Positions 47,318-59,137 of a DNA stretch of 64,000 nucleotides are shown here, piece by piece (position 1 is the stretch's first letter; each line of letters opens with the position of its first letter). The translations under genes were made by a program, and so were the position numbers. A model generated the notes under the pieces. It made no database searches and was not told where the DNA came from. It saw only the letters and a list, made by a program, of their open reading frames with translations. Source of the stretch: Sarea resinae (taxonomy: Eukaryota); assembly GCA_026026165.1 (NCBI GenBank), contig JAPEUD010000022.1:62001-126000 (forward strand), in the 5' to 3' direction.

Positions 47318-50300
47318 TTAAATCACAATCTCCAATTCATGCCTGCCCAATTTCTCCTCATCCAGCGTGGGATAGTACGGCACCATAGCATCCGCCCCTT
47401 GCACGTACGCATCATTGTACAATCTCCAGTAAGGCTGTCGGACCTTCCGTGCTGGATGAAAGAGACCGGCCCAGACGTAATTCATCACCATGCCCGTGCC
47501 GACCGCCATTCGGATCGCGTCAATGGCTTCGATGATGCGGTCGATAACGTGCGGACTGGTCTCGAAGATGTTGGGATAGAGCAGGTTCAAGAGATGGATC
47601 ATGGCATCCTCGCATCCTAGTCCGACGACACCGAGAGCCACGTGCTTGACGACCGAGGCAGCTGTTTGTCGATGGACTTGGTCGCGGTCGATGAGAGCGT
47701 CTTCCAGCAAGGGAGTCACGGCATAGACGTAATCTTTAGCCATCTCGCCAATATACTCGAAGAGGAAGGACAGAGACTTCAAGACTCCATTCTGTACGTT
47801 CAACTCTGGCACGCGGTACTCATTCATGAGTGCAGGCAGCACGGTAAACGGAGCACAAGTCTCCGCGACAATTCCGATGGCGACGGCCGTGCAGACACGC
47901 GATTGACGTTCTTGCACACGCAGATTGTTGAGAAGGGTAGCAAGGACATCTTGGGGGCCGATGGCTTTGGCGATGAAACCGAACGTATTGTTGGCAGCAC
48001 GTCGAATACCCTTCTTATGAGCTTTGAGCATGTCCAAAAGCTCGAAACAGATTCTCATCCACTCGCGGGCATTGACACTTTCAGGTCCACGATCGGCAAT
48101 ACGGCCAACCAGATCGATGGTGTTCTCTTGCACCTTCTCGTGTCTGTTCCTGAGAATCGGAGTTAGACGTGGTAGAAGATCTTTGATTGGTGGCTGCATC
48201 GAGTTGATTCCCACAACCGTAACGATAGAACGTAAAGCCCCTAGGATAGACCCTAGCACTTCTGGATATTCTTCTCCGAGGTATTCATAAAGGACAATGC
48301 CGAGCTTTCCCATCAAGGCGTCCTCGCCACATTGCTTCATGACCAAGGCGATACGTGAGATGAGATCGGCTGCTTGCTGACGGACCGTTGCTGATTTGTT
48401 GTTCAATCGCCAAAGAATTGTGCTCACGATTTGAGGCAGGTATGGCTTGCATCGTGTTCCCAAAGCATTGACGACGGTACCGAATCCATTCAACATCACG
48501 ATATCCTCGACGCTTTGCTCCTGGAAGGCAAAGAGAATACCATCAATCAATCGCTCCTCGAGACGTTCCCCGATATCTGCAGCGCCCAAGCTTGCAACGA
48601 CTTTCTCAACGGTCTCGACGGTCATTTTCCGGTAGGCTTCGCTCTCATCCTTCAGGTTGTTAACAACTCTTTCGACAATTTCTCCCACACCAACTTTCTG
48701 TCCCAGATCGACAGTAGTCTCCACTACTTGTCTGTAGTTCCTCTTATCCAAAGCCATTCGACGAACCCAGAAGCTCTTGAAGAAGTCGGACAATACATGC
48801 TCTTTCAGATAACCGGCGGTAACACCATCTGTGCTGGCACACTGAGAAACAACTTTCAAGACAACTTTCTTCATCTCCTCATCGGGCGACGAGAACTCTC
48901 GGAGCAAGATCTCCATGATTTGACTGGTGTAGTAATTTGCATATTCTTCGTCCATCAACGGGATAATGTAGCCAACGGCTTTCAGAAATCCAGCCAGACC
49001 CTTTCCTCGTTGCTTCCTTGCCCCCGTCCATAGAGGGTTGAGAATTTCATCGAAACTCTCAATACCATAGGGATTGGCGGCTTCAGCAAGAGCCGCAATA
49101 GCCAAACTGGTGACTGTTCGAACTTTGGCTTGTTCATCGTTCAAGTTGTCGCCGATACAGTCGACCAGACCCTTGAGATGAGGCAAAATGGCGCAACCCA
49201 TCAAGATGGGGATCTGTTGAACGATTTTAACACCAGTGTGACGGGCTTGCCAAGACTTCTTACTCCGGCACACTGCTCGTAGGAAAGGCAAAAGTGCAGG
49301 AATACCCAGAGCAGAGGCTACGACAGCAAAAGCTCTGGCAGTCGTATTCCGAACGTATTCGTCGACGTGATCGATGTCGGGCCGCATCGTACTAATCATG
49401 TGGGCGAGACCAGCGGCCTTACTCAGGTTGGATATGATTTCTCGTCCTTCTACACGAGCATAGTAATCTTGATCGATAAGGAGCGGCTCAATGACCACAA
49501 GAATCTTGTGAACGTATGGGCGCACGAGATCATCGAGCTTATATAGGACACGATCGATGACCTTAACGAGCAGATGGCGTTCTTGGTCTTCCAAGCTCTT
49601 TTCCATCAACAAGGGTAGGATCTGATTGAAAAGTGGTCCAGCTCCGAATTGGCGAGCATTGTCTGTCAGCTGTCGAAGAGCAGTCTTTCGCATTGGCGGC
49701 GTCCCGTTCTTAACTTTGAGAAGTAGACGCATAATTTTTCGTTCTTTCAAATCCTCAACAGACATGGCGTTCTCATCCCCTCCGTCGACAAGCTTCCCGA
49801 AATAAGCCATGTCTTCGGCCTTGAAGAATTGCAGATCACCGACTCCAGGTATCTCTGTTGGCAATTGCTTTCCCATAGCCCGAGCATTTTCGGGTTCCTG
49901 CATCATGAAACCCCCGTACCCGGATGCGCTGGCCATAGGAGCGGGTGTGCTCGTCAACTTCCTCGCTGGAGTCATGATGGGTGCATATCCTGGTGGTGGT
50001 TCAAGAACTTTGTAACCCTCTGATGGGAGCATCAGATCGAGTTCTTCATCAGACAAAGGAGCATTGCGACCCGAAATGTCCGTCCCAAACGCGGTTGGCA
50101 CTGCCGCACCAGCCTGAGAAGGATGCATCGGTGTGGCTAATCCTTGATTCCCGACGGGCGTAGCACCGACCAGCGAAGGAGCTTGATCCCATCGCGAACG
50201 TTTCTTCGGGGCCTCGCCATCCACGGCACCAGGAACTGGAGTCTGGTCCCATCGAGATCTCTTCGTTTTCCCTTCGGACTCCTTTCCAGCCTCATCAGCA

Positions 50301-51061
50301 GTTTCCGATGAGACGTCCCATCGCTGCTTTCTCTTCCGTCCCGAAGCAGCAACCGTAGATCCAGCTTCTTTGTTTTCCTTATCGCTGCTATCCTCTCCTT
50401 TAAGCGTAGCTTCATGCTCAACGACACCGTTCTCGCCACTGGCTTGCTTGTCGGCAATTAGTTTCTTGACTCGCTCTTCCTCCTTCTCTATCTCCCGAGC
50501 GGCCATGATCTCTCTGTAGTTCTGACCTTCATCGTCGGTGCCAGCCTGCCTATTCGCTGCGAAGGGATCCGCGCGCGTAGGAGTCAAAGGACCGCGATTG
50601 TGTCGCCGCTTTTGATAATCGGTCTCCCTATCGGCAATCCTGGCCGACTTCTCCCGTCCCATGAGGATGTCCTCCTCCTCGACACCATTTCCAGAGGCAA
50701 ACTCGTTCATCTGCTCGCGAGAGGCCGTATATTGTCCAACCAGCCTCCGACTATTATCGACTTCGGCATCGGGCATATCATCATCGTCCCCGTCGACAGC
50801 GATCGACGTGTTGTACCCAGCAAACTTGTCTCCGCCATTGCGCTCGTACAGGTCGGTGTCGAAGCTTTCAGTCAGGGAAGCCTTGGTGGAGACGTCAGTC
50901 CGTTGGCTGGAAGGATCAAAGGTCTTGGAACCTTTCTTCCCAGCTGAAGCTGCATTGCGCTCAGCTTGAAGACGCTTGATCGTTTCGAAGTCGGCTGAAA
51001 GACACGATGTTAGATGTGAGTGTTCGAGACCTGAGAAAATGCTAGACATACCGTCGGACAT
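47318..51061 (-). CDS. HSH155: Splicing factor 3B subunit 1 (Hsh155/SF3B1), one short 5' intron
   Basis: RWD ULM repeats, [22 protein letters not shown] and HEAT repeats. Intron 51051-50995. Confidence 0.97.
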   Translation of the reverse strand: MSDGMSSIFSGLEHSHLTSCLSADFETIKRLQAERNAASAGKKGSKTFDPSSQRTDVSTKASLTESFDTDLYERNGGDKFAGYNTSIAVDGDDDDMPDAEVDNSRRLVGQYTASREQMNEFASGNGVEEEDILMGREKSARIADRETDYQKRRHNRGPLTPTRADPFAANRQAGTDDEGQNYREIMAAREIEKEEERVKKLIADKQASGENGVVEHEATLKGEDSSDKENKEAGSTVAASGRKRKQRWDVSSETADEAGKESEGKTKRSRWDQTPVPGAVDGEAPKKRSRWDQAPSLVGATPVGNQGLATPMHPSQAGAAVPTAFGTDISGRNAPLSDEELDLMLPSEGYKVLEPPPGYAPIMTPARKLTSTPAPMASASGYGGFMMQEPENARAMGKQLPTEIPGVGDLQFFKAEDMAYFGKLVDGGDENAMSVEDLKERKIMRLLLKVKNGTPPMRKTALRQLTDNARQFGAGPLFNQILPLLMEKSLEDQERHLLVKVIDRVLYKLDDLVRPYVHKILVVIEPLLIDQDYYARVEGREIISNLSKAAGLAHMISTMRPDIDHVDEYVRNTTARAFAVVASALGIPALLPFLRAVCRSKKSWQARHTGVKIVQQIPILMGCAILPHLKGLVDCIGDNLNDEQAKVRTVTSLAIAALAEAANPYGIESFDEILNPLWTGARKQRGKGLAGFLKAVGYIIPLMDEEYANYYTSQIMEILLREFSSPDEEMKKVVLKVVSQCASTDGVTAGYLKEHVLSDFFKSFWVRRMALDKRNYRQVVETTVDLGQKVGVGEIVERVVNNLKDESEAYRKMTVETVEKVVASLGAADIGERLEERLIDGILFAFQEQSVEDIVMLNGFGTVVNALGTRCKPYLPQIVSTILWRLNNKSATVRQQAADLISRIALVMKQCGEDALMGKLGIVLYEYLGEEYPEVLGSILGALRSIVTVVGINSMQPPIKDLLPRLTPILRNRHEKVQENTIDLVGRIADRGPESVNAREWMRICFELLDMLKAHKKGIRRAANNTFGFIAKAIGPQDVLATLLNNLRVQERQSRVCTAVAIGIVAETCAPFTVLPALMNEYRVPELNVQNGVLKSLSFLFEYIGEMAKDYVYAVTPLLEDALIDRDQVHRQTAASVVKHVALGVVGLGCEDAMIHLLNLLYPNIFETSPHVIDRIIEAIDAIRMAVGTGMVMNYVWAGLFHPARKVRQPYWRLYNDAYVQGADAMVPYYPTLDEEKLGRHELEIVI

Positions 51062-51409
51062 CGTGATTATCTATAGCAATACTAATTCTTGACGTATTTC
51101 ATTCGCACATCCGAGACAACCTCGGTGATTCGTGAGATGCTAATGATAGCATGTGGTGGAGGGTATGCGACGATGAGGTTATGGCCGATGAGGTTATGAT
51201 GAAAGATGAACGTGATGATACCCTAGATTGGGTGGAGTGGAAGAAGTTCGCATACAAGTGGCGGCGATCTGAGGCTCTAAAGCTGACTAAGCCATTTTCG
51301 GTTGTTCCCAATGGAGCAGGTGGTTAAAACATCCTGAATAATGTATGTACCGGAAACAAATGACCATCGAAACAGCCAGTATATCATGCAACAACGACCA
51401 ATATCTTTC

Positions 51410-51528
51410 ACATACGGCCATAGGTTATGAAATATAGAGGATCCCGTCCGCTCTCCTGTACTCAAGTCATAAACCGGCGGATTAGTAGTTGGGTCGGTGA
51501 CGACCAGCGAATACCCGCTGCTGTATGT
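51410..51528 (+). rRNA. 5S rRNA: 5S rRNA (dispersed copy 2)
   Basis: 119 nt, differing from the copy at 9651 at 5 positions. T-run terminator downstream and TATA about 30 nt upstream. Confidence 0.96.
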
Positions 51529-53624
51529 TTTTTGCTTTCCTTCATAGATGGATATAGAGAAGAAAGAACTCTTCTCTTTCGTTCTAAGGCTAAGCACCAT
51601 CGTTGGTACTTTTTGCTTTTGGTTTCCTGCATTGGTAGCTATGATAGCTCGTGCTGGCTCGAAGTTGGTATCGCAGCCTGCCTAGAGATTGCAGCACAAC
51701 GATTCCCATTATATCCATTCTATCTTCGTACGCTTCGATTCAAGTCATTTACAATCATAGTATAGACTCATTCTATACCAAGCAAAGTCTTCTATTCGGA
51801 ATTAGTGACCGAATTGACCTTACAAGCCAATTTGCTTCCTTCCGTTTAAGCCACAGCATCGTCGACCTTCTCTGACCCAGTCTACGGATTGAACATCTGC
51901 CACCTTACGTCTGAGTCTATCTATCACTGTTCCCACGGCAACCTGTTTTCAACGAGCTCTGAAGACATTTGCAAAACAACGCATGTATAAACCGAGGGAC
52001 CTCGACTGCATCTGCAAGGGCCTTTCATCCTAAGGGACTCTGCAGGTAGTCATCCATCGATGAATAGAAGGCGAATGTGGCCCACGTGGTTTATAGATGA
52101 CGCCGGCGATGACAATTCAAATTTTCGGATAAAGGTCGTTGCCCTGTGGCTCTTTAAAGGTCGAAAACAATTATCACAATAGAAGAGAATCCGAAACACG
52201 ATGTTGGAGCATCGTCTATACCACCGCGAGAATCAAAGCCGATCAATACCTTGATCGTGTGCCGTGATGCCCTTTCCACCGTACTCGGATCTCTGATGTT
52301 CGCCCATAATGTTGCTGCTCATTATGCGCGTAGTCGTGTCTAGCTGAACGACTAGATCTTATTGGTATGACTATCATAGCCAGAAGTTGGGTATGCTGAG
52401 AGAGGCTTCATCTCTCCTTACGGCACGGTGTCATCTCACTTTCTCCGCGCGCCTGGACCCAAAAATGATAAATTCAGAAAGAGTCAATCTTACAAAAAGC
52501 TCAGACTACTCTAGTTAGAGCAGTCTTACGAAAACCCCGTTAGGAATTTATCTGACTAGATTTTCTCTAGCAACTTCAAGGCTGCCTATACAGGACATTA
52601 TATTGATGGCACAGTGCCCCCCGAAGCAGGAGAATCCCGCAAGCGGGATTCGAACGCAGTACTCCGATGCTTTAAGTTGATGTCCAACAGAGACCGTCGC
52701 ACCAACCTGGCCTCTCAGTTAGAATGACTGGTCTTAATTGTTACTATATGGGCGAGTTGAGATATTCACTGCGGTAGGATTTGGGAATGGCCTTGGCGGG
52801 CTACGTATTGACGTTGGGCCGGACACACTGATCTACCTGGGGACAGATCCATTCACTTTGCAGATGGACTTATTAGATCATCTGCCAGCAAGCCCGTCCA
52901 GAGAGCCCGACGCCAGTCCTACCTGATTGAGAGAGCATTGGTCATGGGCTAGTGCCAAGAGAGGGGCAAGCCAGTGCACATGAATACGGTGAGTCTCGAG
53001 TGACTCCTAATTATATATGTTCTGGACTTGTTGCAAACCTTCTCCTATCATCTGCTTTCATGATTGTTTGGGCGCTGTCACAGTCAACACTAGAAGGAGC
53101 TTCCCTATCTCTTAGAAACTTGTTCCTCCTTTTGAGCGTTTAATAAACTACTACGTTACCCTTGTGGTGAGGAAGGCTCCCTGGTGAAGCTGTTCTCAAA
53201 GCTTGCAAAAGCGGTTCGTCTGTCCATGCTGGTAGTGCTGTCCACTTGTTCTGGAAAAGAGATTCGATATCCATGGACGGAGCAATGGTATTCGAATTCA
53301 TAATACCAGCAATCATATAGCAAGCACAGCCCAGATGTCCTTCCTATCCCTGACTATCATCTACGTGCATGACTCTTGATATTAATAGATCATCCGGCAG
53401 CCCAGCACAATACCATTAGACTTCGAATGCTTCTTGAATTAGACATGTCATTTACTGTTCCGTTTCGAGGAAAAAGTAGTAGCTTTGCTTGACAGCATAG
53501 ATTATCAAGACTCGTTCCTATCAATATCGGGTCTCTGTCGTTCCGTCTGTTGGCAGAGAGTCGATAGAGTCGATAGAGGACGTCCATCGACCAATTAAGC
53601 TCGCTGACTAATCATCACCCCCAA

Positions 53625-53640
53625 ACGCGTCCCGACGCGT
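53625..53640. promoter_or_regulatory. Tandem MCB (ACGCGT) boxes upstream of the dUTPase gene
   Basis: ACGCGT at 53625-53630 and 53635-53640, about 150 nt upstream of the ATG. Confidence 0.65.
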
Positions 53641-53782
53641 CTTCCCTCTGCCACTCGACCGCGAACGACCAACCTACCAGCCAACTCACCCACTAACTCA
53701 CTCACTACTCGCTCAGCATCTACCGCTCTATCCTCCGCCCAACTCAATCCATCTTCACCCACCCACCCACCCAAAGAAAGAA

Positions 53783-54861
53783 ATGCCCTCAGCACGACTG
53801 GCAACAACCCCACCACCACCCGCACCCACACCCCCAGTCACAACCGCATCCGCGCACCCGCCGCCCTCCCTGCCCAACTCGCCGCTCCCCAAACGGCCCA
53901 AGACGAACCCGACCCCGCCGCCCAGCCGCCTCACGAACCCGACGCATCCAGATCCACTCGCACCCGACCTCATGGCCGCCCAGTCCGCCGCCGCTGAACC
54001 CGAGCCGCAGAGCGCGTCGTCGAAGCCGCAGGGCCACGAGCCGGCTGTCACGAAGCTGGACGCCGCGCCGCCGCTGCTGGTCAAGAAGTTGAACGAGCGG
54101 GCGAGGGCCCCGACCAGGGGCAGCGCTTTTGCTGCCGGCTATGATCTGTACAGGTACGTGCGCGTAGACGTGGGCTTTGTAGCAAACCCTGCGCGGAGAA
54201 AAAGGAGAGAAGGCCCTAGAGAGGGCAGAAAGAGCAACGGAACCCGTTGGAGATTTCAATAGATGAATGAATCGATGGATGGGTGGATGAGCGTTGATGA
54301 GAACAGTGGTAGAGAGTAGGCTAATAAGATCTTCCCGATTCAGCGCACAAGATACCACCATCCCCGCCCACGGAAAAGCACTCATAGAAACGGGTCTCGC
54401 GATCGCGGTGCCAGAGGGCACATGTACGTCTCTCACGCCCCCTTCTTTTCCTTTCTTCTGCCTTTCCATCCGCCGCCATACCGACCCATATTTCCCCTCT
54501 CTTTCTCTCCTCCCTCCACCCCTCACCGCCTCTACCCGCCACTTTAAACACCCCCAAAAGCCAGATCCAAGGGACTCAAAAGCTAACCCTCCCTTCCCTC
54601 CTAAAAGACGGCCGCGTCGCCCCCCGCAGCGGCCTAGCCAGCAAACACCACCTCGACGTCGGCGCCGGCGTCATCGACGCCGACTACCGCGGCGAAGTCA
54701 AAGTGCTGCTCTTCAACTTCTCCGGCGCGGATTTCGCCGTGCGCCAGGGCGACCGCGTGGCCCAGCTCGTGCTCGAGCGCATCTACACGCCCGCCGTGGT
54801 CGAGGTGCAGGAGCTCGAGGCTAGTGTCAGGGGCACGGGCGGGTTTGGGAGTACGGGCTAG
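53783..54861 (+). CDS. DUT1: dUTP pyrophosphatase, 3 exons
   Basis: [49 protein letters not shown] and [10 protein letters not shown]. Confidence 0.96.
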
Positions 54862-55317
54862 GTTATTCGTCTGGGTTGCGCGGCTTGCACGGCTTGGCTG
54901 GACTTGACTTGGTGAGGGCGGACGCGGAGGAAAGGGGGGACGGAAGGGGAGGAAGGATGAGATGAAATGATATGGGCTACGAGGCGGAGGCGCGCGTGTC
55001 GAATGAGGGAAAAGAGGAGGCGTTTCGGACTTGTATTATTCAGATGACGTGATTCATTCGAGTGTCTTCCTACTGGGTGCTGCGCCTGGTTTTCTGTACG
55101 GGGACAGAGACGCGCGTGAGCGGCGATGATAGCATTTTCACTCCCATCTCACCACTTCCGTTCTTAAGGGGGGTAGCCTTCTTGATTGATGTGCACGATG
55201 TGTGAAGCCCAATGTTTGCTTGCTTGTTTGCTTCCTTTTGCCCTCCCTCCCTCCCTCCCTTGCCTCCAACCCTACAAATAGAATAACCCGCCAAACAAAA
55301 CCAAACCCACTCGCGGC

Positions 55318-56824
55318 TCAAAACGGCACCGCCTCGTACCTAACATGAGGCTCTCTGAGATCAGCCAGACACCTGACCAGCCTGATCTCGGCGGCCTTGG
55401 TCTTGCGCAGATGGAGTCTGCGATCACTGCCCTGCTCGCGCTCCAGCACGCCCTGGGCGTCGAGGCCGGCGAGGGCGTCGTCGCGCGCGGCCTTGGTCTT
55501 GGCCAGCACGGCATGCATGGAGCCGAGGACCATCTGGACGGCCCTGGCGAGCGGCAGGTCGACGGCGTCGACGGCGTCGGGCGAGACCCAGGCGCGCGTG
55601 GTCGAGAGCCCCGGCACGGCGCACACGGCTTCGCGGAGGCGCACCACCGTCAGCGCGGCGAACATGTCGCCCGTGCCGCTGAAGTAGCAGTCGATGGCCG
55701 GCACGTCGACGCGGAAGAGGCGCGGCGAGCCGTCCGAGCGCGCCGTCGAGCCCACGACCGCGAGCATGGGCGAGTCGGCCGAGAAGGAGATGCTGGTCAC
55801 GACGATGTGCGGGATGTGGTGGGTCGTGTGCAGGGTGGCGAGGGCGGTGGCTAGCGAGTCGAAGTCGTCGATCGGCGTGTCCGAGAGCAGCGAGGCTTCG
55901 AATTGGTTCGGCAGGATCAGGTCGGCGTCTTTGAGGAGGTTCTTGTAGGCTGGAACGACGGCGGGAGGGACGTAGAGTTGGCCTTGGTCGCCCATTACGG
56001 GGTCGAGGACTGGCGAAGAGGGCATCTTTTAGAGCCATTCATACTACTGGACTTGGTTCGTCCTTGCGAAATTCGACGCCCCAAGACAGTAGTGAAGGAA
56101 AGATGGTGACATACCCCAGAAGAAACTACCCGGTTTGGTCGAACTCTTCAATTTCTGGTCCCGGGCGATGGTGCCCACGGCATCGAGGGCTTCAGCTCCG
56201 GGGATATACCCCGTTAGCATGACGTCGAAGTCATTGAGGTAAGATTGTTTGAGGCCGTCGTAGAGGTCGCGGATCTCCTGCGCGGAGGCCTTTGTGCCCT
56301 TGAATTGGCCATAGCCTGTGTGGTTGCCTGGGCGAGAGTTGCGCATCAGCGTCTGTCTGCCTGATTCTTGGAGCAGTGATAGTGATAATCATAATGGTGG
56401 TAGTGGTGATATAGAGTGATGGCATATGGGGAAAGGAGGTCGAGCTTACTGAACTGCACCGTGTTCAAGGCAGCGACCTCGCAGCCCAAAGCCTGCATCA
56501 CCAACGTCGCCATCGTGTTGCCGACATGTCTGGTGCACAGAGGACATCAGTTGAACTTCTTTGTTGAAGCTATGAGCAATGCGAGGGATAGTAGGGAGCG
56601 AGTATCGCATCTTTGCGCATTGAATGACTCGGCATAAGCAAGGGGAGATCGTCCGCGGGCTAATGGTCGCGATGCTCGACAGGTGTAGAACTCACCCGAA
56701 AACGACCTTCCAGAAAGATGAATGAATTAGCCATGGGCGCAAAAAGAGGGATATTCTGAGCTGACCTTACATGGCTGGCTATGGCGAGCACTCTGGTCTC
56801 GGGCACAATTGGCTCGAGCGTCAT
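55318..56824 (-). CDS. BUD16: Pyridoxal kinase (Bud16-like), multi-exon
   Basis: RVLAIASH|VVFG|HVGN, NTVQFS|NHTGY, LDPVMGDQGQLYV, ILPNQFEA and FSGTGDMFAAL. Confidence 0.93.
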
Positions 56825-57340
56825 CGTGCAAGACGGTGTAACAGTCGGGTGAAGCGGGGAGATGGACGGGATCGATGAGACAGACGGGGCGGGGGCGGGG
56901 GCGGGGACGGACACGATTGTCACAAGAGCATGGCAGTGGTCAATGCACGGGGTGGAATAGATGATCAATAAATTCAATCTTTGTTTGACTTGCAGTAGTG
57001 GTGATGTTGGTGGTGGTGGCGGTAGTGGTGGTCATCGGGATGTTTTTCATTTTCCTTATCTATCCCGTCGCTCTCTCGACTGTTGACGCTGACGGCATGC
57101 CCGCACTCCACTTCCCCGCGCTAAGCCGCTTGTGGCCGAAATATGAGAAGAAGAGTAGGATGAGGAAGTCCGCGGGAAAAGACGACTATCAGCTACAGCG
57201 AAAGGTGAAACTATAGAAAAACCATAATCGTGGAGTAAACTCCCATGAGATACATCTTGCGTGGGCGTGTCATCGCGCCGAGAGGCCCCTTTTCCCAATA
57301 CAAAACGTTTATGCATAAGTCAATCCCCCCAAGCGTCACT

Positions 57341-58348
57341 CTATTCATCATCTCCGATCTGCGAATGGCATTAGTCAGTAGATATTCCTTCGCTATGCAT
57401 GGCAAGGGTATTCACCTTCGGTGCGAGATAGAAACGAAGGTAGCTACTGCCGGCAAGGTCATACTCGACGAGCAAAGGCACCTCGTTTGACAGGCACAAT
57501 TTCACCGTCGTGGATAGGCCGCTGGCTTTGCAGAAATTGACAAGATATTTGAGGGAGAAGGTAAGGGCGACTGGTTCGGAGAGCTCAATATCGACGTTCA
57601 AGTCTGGTTTGTCGACGTTGCTGTGGCTTCGTAGAGTGACCGAACCCGACCCGATATCTCCTTGGCAAGCGAATTTAACACCATCCTTGGTCGCCTCGAT
57701 AGCCACTATATCATTTGTTAGAAGAATATCGAGAGCTTCATGTCAATTCAAATGTATTACCTGACTCAGACAAGGCCATTAGGTCTCTGCAGATTCGTTG
57801 GAACTCTGCCGAAGGCATCGTAATCGTGGCAGCATATTCGGTATCTGGAATACCCAAGTGCTCTTGGTCAATGTCCATCAACTTGATATCATACTCGCTG
57901 ATGCGATCGCTCTCGCTGCTTTCGAAGACGAGATTTACGACGTCCGGCGCATCTTCGGCCTTGAGGGTCAAAATGTCCTCGTTCTGCGCGCAACGTAGTA
58001 CTTTGGTGAGAGAGGTGAGATTGATTCCCAGTGCGATGTTACGGTCGCATCGGAAGGGGGAGAAGCTTTCTGCCTTGAGCATCATAGACACGAGGGCAAC
58101 GTGAGAGTTATCCATGGCTTGGAGGGCGATACCAGAGTCATTGCAGTCGAAGTTGCAGTCCTGGACGAGATCTTTGATGGCATCGACCACCTAGACCGCC
58201 GTCAGGATCAACATGTCTATGGCTATGGAGGGGAGAAACGCGGACCTTCTTCAGCAGATTGGCCTGCTCCAAACGTGCTTCCAACACTGTCTTCGGTCAG
58301 AGAGCTACTCTACTCAATGGCTCAGCATGGGACGAGAGCATACTCACT
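57341..58348 (-). CDS. POL30: Proliferating cell nuclear antigen; start codon split by intron 1
   Basis: (M)[47 protein letters not shown]...[13 protein letters not shown]. Confidence 0.97.
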
Positions 58349-58543
58349 CTTGTCTTAGGATCCTCGATTAGTGGCGCGGAGAATTTAAAAAGTGCACGAT
58401 AATCTGCCGAGCGAGATATACGAAGTTAGACGTTGGGCGAAGATGGGTCGCGGGAGAAAATTGGTCGCAAGGAGGAATATGATGTCGATGAAGGGCGAAG
58501 GTGACAACTGTGTGGAGGGGCTTCTAAGATCTTGACGAGGGAA

Positions 58544-58592
58544 ACGCGTTCAATGGTTGGACGTTCGTGTCAGGCGTGTTCGTTCGCGTCGA
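58544..58592. promoter_or_regulatory. MCB-like elements upstream of PCNA
   Basis: ACGCGT at 58544-58549 and TTCGCGTC at about 58583. Confidence 0.6.
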
Positions 58593-59137
58593 AATACCTA
58601 CCCACAGTCACCTCACGCGAAGTCAATTACACGCTGATGAGGGAAAGCCTCGCTACTGCGCAGCAGACCTTCAGCTCTCCGACTAGAGTGTTACTGCGTA
58701 TATTAGCAATCTTCTACGAAAGGGTGACAGAATGATTTCAGAGTGTTTTCGACGAATACAGAATGTTAGATTACATTGTAGCTTGTATTATAATATGAAA
58801 GCCTAGATGAAGATAAGAAAAAAGCCAGATGTCCGGGTGCAAATGACCGCCATATTTTCAGCCCTGCGCCCCGTCCCGCCGTCTAACAACCAGAGGAAAG
58901 TATGAGTACCCAAAATCGAGAGCCTGCAATACCAATAAATATAAGCACCCCATTCATGCCTCGTTATGCAAGATATTAGTCCAAAGAAGAACACAGAAGT
59001 AGAATCGCGCTCGGTAGGTGTACAGATGAAAGCCAAAATCGTCGCCATTGTACTTGCAGGTATCATTTCGATGTGCAGGAAAAAAGCCCAAAGAGGAGAA
59101 ATTTCAGATATGCTTGTAGACCAAACCATACTCAACG

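Noticed and set aside
9651..51528. The two 5S genes as the ends of a 5S-targeting mobile element
   Set aside because: Both copies are full length, the interval holds core housekeeping genes, and no recombinase gene is present.
52608..52708. Functional tRNA, SRP RNA or RNase P/MRP RNA
   Set aside because: The T-stem and acceptor stem do not pair and the diagnostic motifs are absent. It is kept only as an unexplained structured element.
54153..54607. Purine-rich intron 1 and pyrimidine-rich intron 2 of dUTPase pairing around exon 2
   Set aside because: The complementarity is only compositional and no extended exact stem was found.
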